64,000 nucleotides of DNA from Planctomycetota bacterium (GTDB lineage Bacteria > Planctomycetota > MHYJ01 > WSZJ01). This document shows, one piece after another, positions 10,025 to 19,600 of the stretch. The position numbers and the translations under genes were made by a program. The notes under the pieces are model-generated. The model ran no database searches. It saw only the letters and a list, made by a program, of their open reading frames with translations, and had not been told where the DNA came from. Every line of letters starts with the position of its first letter. Position 1 is the first letter of the stretch. The stretch lies in contig JBBTCT010000006.1 in assembly GCA_038060895.1 (NCBI GenBank), positions 7,403 to 71,402 on the forward strand, read 5' to 3'.

Positions 10025-11784
10025 ACGCCGAATCGGCATATCTCTTTCGCCACGCCCTCCTGCGCGACGCGGCCTACCAGCTCCAGCTCCCCGGCGACCG
10101 CGCGCGGCTGCACGGGCTGGCGTTCGCGGCGATCGAGAATGTGTTCGGTGGCCGCCCTCCGGAGCCCGGCCTCTCCACCGACGGATCGCTGAAGGAGTTC
10201 CGGCCGTATGCCGGCGATGCGTTCGCACGCGAACTTGCAGGGCACGCCGGTGCGGCGGCCCGCGACGACCTGGGGAGCGCGCAGCGGCTCTACCTGCGCC
10301 GCGCGGCCGAGCACGCGGAGAGACAGAACCGCCATGAAGAAGCGGTCGAGCTCTGGAAGGACGGCGCAACCTTCGAGCGCGGAAAGCGCCGGGCGGACTC
10401 CCTCTACCGGGCGGGATGCGCGGCTGCGACACGGGGAGACTTGCAGGGGGCCGAAGCGCTGCTCCACTCCGCGCGTTCGATCTTCTGCCGGGCGCAGGAC
10501 CGGCTGGGCGACGCGTGGGTCTCCGTCAAGCGAAGCGACGTCTCGCGGGACGCCGGGCGGCTCCGCCAGGCCGAGCTTCGGATCCGCAGAGCGGTCGCGC
10601 TGCTCCACCGCCTCGGGTCGCGCCTCCGCGAGGGCGGGGCCCTGAACCAGTGGGGAACCCTCCTTATGCGCATGGGCCGGATCGAATCGGCCGAACGCAC
10701 CTACGCGAAGTCCCTGGCGCTCTTCCGCCGGCTCCGCCATCCGCACGAGGGAATCACGCTGGGAAACCTGTCCATTCTCTACCGGCAAACAGGGCGCGTG
10801 CAGCAGGCGGAACGCTCCATGGAGCAGGCACTCTCCCTCCACCGCAAGGCCGGAGACCGGCGTTTCGAGGGCATCACCCTGGGAAATCGTGGAATTCTCT
10901 TCGCCGAAACCGGCCGGGCCGCGGAGGCGGAACGTTCCTACGGGGAAGCGCTGATCGCCCTTCGCGAGATCGGGAACCGGAAGGCCGAAGGGGACGTCCT
11001 GTCAAATCTCGCCCGTCTCTTCGCCGACACGGCGCGCCCTGCGGAAGCCGAAAGGACCTACGAGCAGGCACTCGCGATGCTCCGGGAGCTGAACGACCGG
11101 CGTGCCGAAGGACTCACGCTGGGGAACCTGGGCAGCCTCTTCTTCGAAACAGGGCGAGGCGAAGCGGCGGAGCGCGCTTTCGAGCAGGCGCTGGCCCTCC
11201 TTCGGGAGGTGGGCGACCGGCGCGGCGAAGGCGTCGCCCTGGGAAATCTTGCCGAGCTTTACCAGGGCACCGGACGCCTCGAGCTCGCGGAGCGCACCTA
11301 CGAACAAGCCCTCGCTCTCCAACGGGACGTACGAAACCGCCGCGGAGAAGCCATCGCGCTGGCGAATCTCGCGAGCCTGTACCAGGAGACCCGCCGCCTC
11401 GAGCCCGCCGAACGCCTCTACCACGAGGCCCTCGCGGCCGGCCGGTCGGTCGGAGACCGGCGCTTTGAGAGTTTCGTCCTCGGAAAGACCGCCGGCCTCC
11501 TCCGGGAAACGCAACGTCCGCAGGAAGCGGAGCGACTCTACGCCGAAGCGCTCCTCCTTGACCGGCAGCTCGGGGACCGGAGCCTGGAGGGCGGCCACCT
11601 GTGCGGGCGGGCGCTGTGCCTGGTGAGTCTCGGAGGACTCTCCGAGGCCGCGGAAGGCTGGAGCGCGGGCGCGGCCCTGCTGCGCAGCCTCGGGGAAAAC
11701 AAGGAGATGGATCGCCAGGTCGCCGCGATGCGGGCCGCGTGCGCGGGAGCGGGGGTGGCGGAGTTGGAAGCAGGCGGCCCGTGA
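10021..11784 (+). CDS. Stand-alone TPR protein, FRHALLRDAAY family, copy 2
   Basis: Same N-terminal motif; GTGA overlap with copy 1; 40-aa TPR repeats. Confidence 0.9.
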   Translation: MNAESAYLFRHALLRDAAYQLQLPGDRARLHGLAFAAIENVFGGRPPEPGLSTDGSLKEFRPYAGDAFARELAGHAGAAARDDLGSAQRLYLRRAAEHAERQNRHEEAVELWKDGATFERGKRRADSLYRAGCAAATRGDLQGAEALLHSARSIFCRAQDRLGDAWVSVKRSDVSRDAGRLRQAELRIRRAVALLHRLGSRLREGGALNQWGTLLMRMGRIESAERTYAKSLALFRRLRHPHEGITLGNLSILYRQTGRVQQAERSMEQALSLHRKAGDRRFEGITLGNRGILFAETGRAAEAERSYGEALIALREIGNRKAEGDVLSNLARLFADTARPAEAERTYEQALAMLRELNDRRAEGLTLGNLGSLFFETGRGEAAERAFEQALALLREVGDRRGEGVALGNLAELYQGTGRLELAERTYEQALALQRDVRNRRGEAIALANLASLYQETRRLEPAERLYHEALAAGRSVGDRRFESFVLGKTAGLLRETQRPQEAERLYAEALLLDRQLGDRSLEGGHLCGRALCLVSLGGLSEAAEGWSAGAALLRSLGENKEMDRQVAAMRAACAGAGVAELEAGGP

Positions 11785-13214
11785 ACGCAGAGAGCGCTTA
11801 CGTCTTCCGCCACGCGCTCCTGCGCGATGCCGCCTATCAGCTGCAGCTCCCCGGCGACCGCGCGCAGCTGCACGCGCTGGCGTTCGCGATCGTCGAGGAC
11901 CATTGCGGCGGGCGCGCGCCGGAGCCGCCGCCGCTCGGCGCCTCCGGAAAGTCCGTCTGGCAGCCGCACCGGTCGGATGTCTTTGCAGAAGAGCTTGCGC
12001 TTCATGCCGCAACCTCGCAGAACGCCGGGTTGCGCGCCGCCCTGAAGCTCTACCTTCGCCGGGCCGCAGAGCACTCCGACCGGCAATGCCGAGCCGACGC
12101 TTCCGAGCGCCTGTGGAAGAGTCATGCGGAGCTTGCTTCCGGGATCGAAGAGGGCGAATCCTGGCGGCGGGCCGCGACGGCGGCGCGGGACGCCGGCCGG
12201 CGCAAGAGTGCCGAGCCGCTGAGCGAGCGGGCGCTCGCGATTTTCCGTGAAGCCGGCGACCGGCGGCTCGAGGGCATCGCGCAGGCCGACAGGGCCGTGC
12301 TGCACCACCAGGCCGCGCAGATCCCGGAGGCCGAGCAGCGCTTCCAGGAGGCTCTCGCGATCCACCGGGACGTCGGCGACCGGCCGTCCGAGGGCGCGGC
12401 GCTGAACAATCTCGCCAGCATCTGCGCTGAAACCGGGCGCGTCCGGGAGGCCGAGCGGCATCAGGAGCAGGCGCTGGCCATTCACCGTGAAGTGGGGGAC
12501 CGGCGTGCGGAAGGGATCGCGCTGGGCAACCTGGCGCTTGTGCGCAAGGAGACCGGCCGGGTCGAAGAGGCGGAGCGGGGCTATGAAGCGGCCCGAGCCG
12601 TCCATCGCGAAGTCGGCAACCGGAGGCACGAAGGGATCGTCCTGGGCAACCTGGCCAATCTCTACAAGGAGACCCGCCGGATGTCGCAGGCGGAAGTCAC
12701 GTACGAGCAGGCGCTGGCGATCCATCGCGAAGTCGGCGACCGCCGTTTCGAGGGCATCGCGCTCGGCAACCTGGCCGGCCTTTACCAGATCACCGGCCGG
12801 AAACCGCAGGCCGAAACGGCCTACGAGCACGCGCTGGCCATCCACCGCGAAATCGGCAACCGGCGTTCCGAGGGAGTCGCGCTGGGGAACCTGGCCGGCC
12901 TCTACCAGGACACGGGGCGGGTCGAGCCGGCCGAGCGGAACTTCACGGAGGCCATCGCCATCCACCGCGAAGTCCGCAACCGCCGCCTCGAGGGCGCGCA
13001 CCTGTGCGGCTACGCGGTGCTCCTCGTGGCCCGCGGCCGGATCGAGCCGGCGCGCGAAGCCTGGCAACAGGGCGCGATGATCCTGCGGGAGCTCGGCGAC
13101 CTGGGGTCGCTTCAGGCCCATGCGGCGGAGCTGCAGAAGGCCTGCGTCAGGGCCGGCGTCCCGCATTTCGATGCGCCCGGACGGGACTCGCAAGCGCCTC
13201 CGTCCCCGCACTGA
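11781..13214 (+). CDS. Stand-alone TPR protein, FRHALLRDAAY family, copy 3
   Basis: GTG 11781 overlaps the stop of copy 2; VNAESAYVFRHALLRDAAY; TPR repeats. Confidence 0.9.
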   Translation: MNAESAYVFRHALLRDAAYQLQLPGDRAQLHALAFAIVEDHCGGRAPEPPPLGASGKSVWQPHRSDVFAEELALHAATSQNAGLRAALKLYLRRAAEHSDRQCRADASERLWKSHAELASGIEEGESWRRAATAARDAGRRKSAEPLSERALAIFREAGDRRLEGIAQADRAVLHHQAAQIPEAEQRFQEALAIHRDVGDRPSEGAALNNLASICAETGRVREAERHQEQALAIHREVGDRRAEGIALGNLALVRKETGRVEEAERGYEAARAVHREVGNRRHEGIVLGNLANLYKETRRMSQAEVTYEQALAIHREVGDRRFEGIALGNLAGLYQITGRKPQAETAYEHALAIHREIGNRRSEGVALGNLAGLYQDTGRVEPAERNFTEAIAIHREVRNRRLEGAHLCGYAVLLVARGRIEPAREAWQQGAMILRELGDLGSLQAHAAELQKACVRAGVPHFDAPGRDSQAPPSPH

Positions 13215-13323
13215 GGATTCGGAGCAAGGGGGGCGGAAATCCCAATGAAGCGATGCTGAACAGCGGGATCCACTATTAAGAGTTCAGCATCAAAGTCTTA
13301 ATAGCAATCGGGTTCATGGGCAG

Positions 13324-13800
13324 CTACTTCGCAGGAGTCTTCACCGCCCTCAGTCGTGAAACCGCAGTCATCTTCCCGGTCTGAAGCGCCCGCACCTGCG
13401 CGACGTTGACGACCGAGCCGGGGAGGTCCGTCATCGTCAGCGAAGCGCCCTTGATCGAAATCCGCGCCGGGTCGGCGACGCTCACGACCTGGCCGTTCGT
13501 GATGTCGATGGTCCCGGACAGCAGCCACTTCTCCGGCGTGCTCGCGCCCTCCAGCGTGACGCGCAGCGCGCGGACTTCTCCCGGCTGCGCGTCGGCCGCG
13601 TCCCACGAGATCTTCGCGGCGACGGCTTCAAGGGGGGTCGTGGAGGAAGCGGTGCCCTGAGTGACGGTGAGGTCGCACGCGCCGGGCTCGGCTTGCGGCG
13701 CGGAGAAGACGTACGTCGAGCCGGAGACGAAGACGGGCTCAGGGGTCTCGACGGTTTTCTGCGTGTGGTTTTTCAGCGAGAGCGTGTCGGGCAGATTCAA
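13324..13800 (-). pseudogene. Orphan duplicate of the C-terminal ~150 aa of the 16619-22168 protein
   Basis: TLSLKNHTQKTVETPEP...KMTAVSRLRA is almost identical to the end of the 1849-aa ORF. Confidence 0.8.
13357..13785. repeat. 429-bp direct repeat, copy A
   Basis: Matches 16643-17071 at offset 3286; 5 mismatches by eye, all in the leftmost ~80 bp. Confidence 0.95.
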
Positions 13801-13804
13801 ATCT

Positions 13805-15211
13805 TCAAGGCAATCGACCGTCCTCGCGAATCCAGAGCACGAGCTTTCTGATAGTACGTGGATCCCAATAGACGAAGCTGTGCGCTAAGTTGCACATTCG
13901 TGAGTAGCAGGGACGCCGCAATCGAATCGGAAGCGTTGCACCGCCGGCGCACATGTCCGAACGGAAAATGTTGCGCACTCGTGTGTTGTTTAACCAATTC
14001 ACGGTCAATCCCTCGCCGCCGAACCCGAGTACGTGTGATCTGATTGGAAGCGGAACGAGCACCAAACACGCTTGGTGAATCACAATTACTGCAATTGCGC
14101 CAAACGAAGCTACAAGAACCGAGCACAGAACAATCCAGAGAATGGCTGATACTGCGTACCACGCCGATGCGCCTGAATTTCGTGCGGCGGACACCGCGCG
14201 CTTTCTGCTGTCACGGTCGTCCCGCTCTCGTCGTGCCTGGTCCATGATCTCCTTCGGAGACATCCCTTCGTACTTCGACGTGCCCTCGGAAGGGGGCTCA
14301 TCTGTGATCAACTTTTGAAATTCAACAGGCGCGAGCTCTTTCGACTCGTCTCCGTATATCCATGAGAACAAGAGCGCATTTGGAAGCGCCGACGGCGTAG
14401 CATAGATCCTGACCGCTGCAAAACTCAGCAGAGCGGTCAACAAAAGCACAAATACGGTCCACCCAAGTGCAGCAGGTAATACCATTCCGGGCAAGCTCGC
14501 AACAAACTGAAGTAACCTGAGTCCTACAGTTGGCTCATCGGCGCCATATCGGATTGTGAGGGCGTTTGAACGCAGTTGCGGATAAGCAAACTCGGCACAG
14601 AAGGAGTCTTGGGCCGCCTCTAGGCGGAGGGAGAGTGCAACACCCTTTGGAAAATGGACATTCTTGAACATCTTGGACCGATATTTGTAAGTCATGTAGG
14701 TGACATACGCCCACAATGCAGGGAGCCAAAAGAAAATGCGATCTTTGGCTCCAAGAGCGGATGGAAGAAGACAAATCGTTCCGACTATAAGGAGCAGAAG
14801 GGTTGCAATTAGAAGGCACAGCATCATGGTTAGGAACTCTACGGTACTGTGAATCTCGCGTGGACGAATGTCGATGAGGGGTGTCGAAAGGCACGCGATC
14901 CCAGTCACGCAACTTAGAGAGGCAGCGTACCGAATGATGTTGCCACCGTGGCTGTGACCAATCAGATAGACGTGTTCATACCGCGACCCCACGCGATACA
15001 AGAACTGTTTTAGGCGGTCCCCCGCGTTCCTTCGAGCAAGGTGAGAATTGCATCCACTCCAAGGGAACGCGACTATTCGGACCTGCTGTCCAAGATGGCG
15101 GCGCAATCGTTGCGCAAATGCAGATTGCGCGTTGCCGAGTTGGCTCCGTCGACCGGCGAATGTTCCATGGACGAGTACAAGCAATGACCGTTTGGTGCTT
15201 GGAGGCATCAA
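13805..15211 (-). CDS. Membrane-anchored alpha/beta hydrolase (lipase-like)
   Basis: VLVHGT oxyanion motif, GHSHGG nucleophile elbow, C-terminal His (LAHSFVY), several hydrophobic segments; visibly lower GC than the flanks. Confidence 0.75.
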   Translation of the reverse strand: MMPPSTKRSLLVLVHGTFAGRRSQLGNAQSAFAQRLRRHLGQQVRIVAFPWSGCNSHLARRNAGDRLKQFLYRVGSRYEHVYLIGHSHGGNIIRYAASLSCVTGIACLSTPLIDIRPREIHSTVEFLTMMLCLLIATLLLLIVGTICLLPSALGAKDRIFFWLPALWAYVTYMTYKYRSKMFKNVHFPKGVALSLRLEAAQDSFCAEFAYPQLRSNALTIRYGADEPTVGLRLLQFVASLPGMVLPAALGWTVFVLLLTALLSFAAVRIYATPSALPNALLFSWIYGDESKELAPVEFQKLITDEPPSEGTSKYEGMSPKEIMDQARRERDDRDSRKRAVSAARNSGASAWYAVSAILWIVLCSVLVASFGAIAVIVIHQACLVLVPLPIRSHVLGFGGEGLTVNWLNNTRVRNIFRSDMCAGGATLPIRLRRPCYSRMCNLAHSFVYWDPRTIRKLVLWIREDGRLP

Positions 15212-15233
15212 GGCTCGTCCCCTAGGCTTTAGA

Positions 15234-15560
15234 CTAGGAGCAATCAGGCAATCCGCGACTTCGAACCTTCGCTACTTCCACGTTCCTCGGGCACGGATGC
15301 GCACCATCCCGCCTCTTGTCCAGGTGACTTGCCGTTCGATTGGTAGTCGCCATCGCGTTCAGCCGGTCAATTTCGCGCCGAAGCTCATCAATGGTAATCT
15401 TGGCCGCCTCGAACTCCGCGCTGGTTTGCGCAGCGGGTTGGGGAGGTGCCATAACTGCCTGAAGTGAGGGTTTCTCCCCGACCGCGGGCGCGCAAGCGTA
15501 GCCAGACACGCCCGCCGCAATGGCTAACCTCACGAAGAACCGAAGCGCGAACTGCTTCAT
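15234..15560 (-). CDS. Hypothetical exported or lipoprotein-like protein, possibly degenerate
   Basis: MKQFALRFFVRLAIAAGVSGYAC signal-like N-terminus, short coiled coil, GGAGAGG SD-like sequence upstream. Confidence 0.4.
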   Translation of the reverse strand: MKQFALRFFVRLAIAAGVSGYACAPAVGEKPSLQAVMAPPQPAAQTSAEFEAAKITIDELRREIDRLNAMATTNRTASHLDKRRDGAHPCPRNVEVAKVRSRGLPDCS

Positions 15561-16001
15561 CGAGGTGGTCAGTCCTCTCCGTTCGGAATCGCTAAGCCTG
15601 GAAGGGTGAAACTCGCAGCCCGTCGATTCGTCACCGCCTGAATGCTACTCCGCTGACGGCATCCGAAGAAGGCGCTTTCGGGCTCGTTTTCGCTTCCCCT
15701 GACTTGCCCTCGGAGCCGTTATACGCCACTCACAGTCCGGAGGAACCGATCCGGAGAGGTCCCGCGTCGTGTTGAAATTCGAGTGGCGGCCGGTTTCATC
15801 CAGCCCGAACTGCTCCAGTGAAGCAAGGACTTCGAGCCGTTGCTTCACGCTCTCTTCGCCGCCTTCTCCTCCTTTGCCGTCTTCGGCTTCAACGCCTCGA
15901 CGAGCCGCTTGAGATCTTCGAGTCCCTTCACTTTGCGGAACTTCGCAGCGGCGTAGGTCGACTCAGCAACCTCGAAGGGCGGCAGGCCCGCCACGCCGAG
16001 G

Positions 16002-16454
16002 CTAGGCCTGCCTCGTGGAAGACCTGCTGCGCCGGCTCGACAGCACGTTGCCGATTCGCCGCGCCCATTCGTCTTCGTTCGGGCACCTCCACTGGAACTC
16101 GACCGTCTTCCCGTTCGGCATGGTGCAGGTCACCAGGAGGCGTTTAAACACGCCACCAGACCGCACGCCTCGCACCTGGTCAACCAGGAAAGTCAGGTCG
16201 GACCGGGACCAGCCGAGCATTACAAAGAGCAGCCGCGTCTCGGTCAGCGCGAGCGTTCCAAGGCCCCTCAGGGGCACGGCACGGTCCGAGAGGCCGCGGA
16301 AGTGGGCCCTTGTACGGAACAGGACCGGCTCACCCCCGATGGCCAGCCTCAACCGCTCCTGGGCGCGGCGGCCGGCGACGATGAGTGCCAGCACCACGAC
16401 AACCAGTGTTGCGATCGGCGTGAGAACAACTGCGAGGAATTCGTGCTGGCCCAT
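16002..16454 (-). CDS. Small single-TM hypothetical protein with PH-like beta domain
   Basis: N-terminal TM segment; GxGTLALTETRLLF motif typical of bacterial PH/GRAM-like domains; TACAAT 6 nt before the ATG. Confidence 0.65.
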   Translation of the reverse strand: MGQHEFLAVVLTPIATLVVVVLALIVAGRRAQERLRLAIGGEPVLFRTRAHFRGLSDRAVPLRGLGTLALTETRLLFVMLGWSRSDLTFLVDQVRGVRSGGVFKRLLVTCTMPNGKTVEFQWRCPNEDEWARRIGNVLSSRRSRSSTRQA

Positions 16455-16618
16455 GCCGGAATTGTACGCCTTCGCGGGCGTCAGGGACTGCGCCCATTGC
16501 ACCCGTGCGCAGGCACCAGCGCGCCACACCCGAGGCACTTCACGAACCCGCTCGCTGGCGAGCCTCTCACCACAAAGGTGCGTCCGCAGGCGTTACAGCA
16601 GACGGACACCGGCATGAT

Positions 16619-19600
16619 TCACCTCTTCAATGCTCTCAACCTTGAAACCGCCGTCATCTTCCCGGTCTGAAGCGCCCGCACCTGCGCGACGTCAACGACC
16701 GAGCCGGGGAGATCCGTCACCGTCAGCGAAGCGCCCTTGATCGAAATCCGCGCCGGGTCGGCGACGCTCACGACCTGGCCGTTCGTGATGTCGATGGTCC
16801 CGGACAGCAGCCACTTCTCCGGCGTGCTCGCGCCCTCCAGCGTGACGCGCAGCGCGCGGACTTCTCCCGGCTGCGCGTCGGCCGCGTCCCACGAGATCTT
16901 CGCGGCGACGGCTTCAAGGGGGGTCGTGGAGGAAGCGGTGCCCTGAGTGACGGTGAGGTCGCACGCGCCGGGCTCGGCTTGCGGCGCGGAGAAGACGTAC
17001 GTCGAGCCGGAGACGAAGACGGGCTCAGGGGTCTCGACGGTTTTCTGCGTGTGGTTTTTCAGCGAGAGCGTCGGCGTACCTTTGCCTGGCGTCGGCACGG
17101 CGCCGTAGAAGCCCGGGTTGGTGCGGTCGAGGAACGCCGGCGACGGTGCGGCTGACGACGTGAGCAAAAGCGTAAGCGTCTGCGCGCCACACGAAACGAC
17201 CAGCGAGAGCCCCTTGTCCGGCAGCTCCGGCACCGTCCAGGTTCCCGGCGGGATCTTCTTGCCGTCGCACGTCGCGCCTTTGGGGAGCTGGACTTCCTCG
17301 CCGGGGCGGACGTTCAGGGAGCACGTGTCCGGCGGGAGGTCGTTCCGGCCGCCCGTCTCGACCGGCTTCTCGTCGGGTGGTCCGCCCCCGTCGCCTGATC
17401 CGCCGCCGTCCCCGGTCGTGACGGTGCCCGCGGGCACGCCGACTTCGAGAAGGTTCGCGACCGAGTTCAGCGAGTTCCCGAACGCGTCCCTCGGATTCGC
17501 CCAGATCACCGCGAACGAATCGATCCCCTCCACCGGATACCAGTCCGGCCCGAGCGGAATGTTCTCCTCGTTCATCGCCGTCATCACGCAGTCCGCCACC
17601 CGCACCAGCTTCCCACCGATCTGCCGCTCCTCGTTCTCCCACCAGCCCACCGTGTCCCCGCGCCACACCGGGATCAGCCGGTACGCCGCCAGCACGCTGT
17701 CGCCGTTCACGTTGAGCTGCTTCGCCCACACCGTCGGCTGCGCCACCATGTCGTACATCGAATGGTCCGTCCGGAACGTCGCCACGAACTGCCCCTTCGG
17801 AATGTATGCCTTCCCGTCCACCACCACCGGCCGCGCGCTCGCCCCGATCTCCACCGTCGAAACCCAGATCGGGTTCGCCAGACAGCGCCGCTCCTTGATG
17901 TCGAAGAGACCCGCGTCCGAGTCCGAGGTGTACCCGCCCACCATCAGCACGCCCGGCTCCGTCGGGCCGAAGGCGCTTCCCAGAAGCGCGTACTGCTGCC
18001 CCATGCCGTCCGCGTTCGGGAACGTCGCCGCCGGCTCCAGGAACGGCACCTGCATCCCGCGCACCGCCCGCGCGACCCGCTCCTGGTCCGCCGTCACCCG
18101 GTACGCCTCGAGCCGCTTCACGCGCCCGCTCAACCCCGCATCCCCCGCCGCGCGCCATCGCAGCACCATGTCCGGGCACCCGCGCCGCGCCAGCGCCGTC
18201 CGCTCGCCGTCGAACTTCCCGCCGCCGCCAATCTCCCCGTCCGCGTTGTTCGCCTTCGTCGCCACCGTCCACGAGTCGTGCCAGATCGACGTCAGCGAAT
18301 CGAAGCGCACATCCGTGTCCAGCTCCGGCCACACCACCGGCCCGTCCGTGCACACGACGCGCCCCTCCAGCACTTCGTCCAGCGACGCCTTCTGCGCGTA
18401 GACGCGCGCCGCGCCGTAGTGCGACGTGTGCGACTCCGTGCCGTGCCCGAACCCGATCAGCGCGAACACCGACTCGAACTTCGGCTCCGTGAACATCGTC
18501 GCGCCCACGCCCGTCGTGTAGTTGAAGCTCCCGTGCGCGTCGCTGCCGGCGAAGTGGTACATCTTGCGCAGCAGGAGGCGCTTGGCGCCGTCCTCACGCG
18601 CGATGTCCGGCTCGAACGACCAGCGCAGCCCCGGCTGGATGAGCTCCTTAAGGTAATAGTGCAGGCCGAAGGAGAGCTCTTCGTTCCATTTCAATTCCGG
18701 TTGCAGGACGCCCGCGCGCCAGAGGTTGAGCGCCGCGAGGTCGGAAGGGCGACTGAATTTCGCGGAGTAGAAGTGCGGTTCATTCCAGAGCTGGACGCCG
18801 CGGAAAGGGAAGCGGCGCGGGTAGCGCTCCGCGCCCTTGAAACCCCAGGTCATGTTCGCGGCGCGCATGAGCTCGCCCTCCTGCCATGCAAGGTCGCCGG
18901 GCGTGTTCGGCTTATCCTCGACGAGGGGCTTTGTTCCGAGGAAGGGGTGTGCGGCGACGTAGGAGTTGTCCCGGGGGATGAGCAGGTCTTCGGTGTTAAG
19001 GACGTCCCACTTGTTCTGTTCCTTGCGTCCTTCGGCGGCGGTAAGAGCCTCATCAATCTCCTTCAGGACCTTCTTGAGGTCGGTCGCGCTCAAGTCGCCC
19101 CAGAGGTTGCAGAAGTTCCGGATGAGGGCCAGGTCGATCTTCTTTCCGGATGCTTTCTCCAACACCACCTGGAGCAGCTTCTGGAGACCGTCGCGGACGC
19201 CGTCGCGCTGGGCTTGGGTGGCTCCCACGCCGTGTTTCAGCAGGTGAAGCATCCTGGCGACGAGATCGATGGGCGGCTTGAGAAATTTTGTCTCTGGAAC
19301 GTTGTCGAGATAGCTCAGGACGTCGTCGGTCAGGGTCACCGCGTCGAGCGTGTCGCGAACGGCCGCCAGCATCGGCCTCATTCCGCGTCCGCCGTGCCAG
19401 GGCCCTTCAATGGGTTCGGCGCCGTAAACAAGCGCATGCATGGCCCCGGCCGCCGCGAAAGGTTTCGCCATGGCCAGCTCCTGGTTCGCGCCGCGGCCGA
19501 AGTACTGGCGCAGCATTCCGAATTCGTAGCCGCCGAACTGCTCGCCGCCAAACGGCGCCGCGGAAGGTTCGTCGCGGTCGGTGAGGAAGCAGTTGTGGTC

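Noticed and set aside
9100-13000. ~120-bp periodic repeats as a CRISPR or DNA repeat array
   Set aside because: They are degenerate in-frame 40-aa TPR codons; there are no identical repeats with unique spacers and no cas genes.
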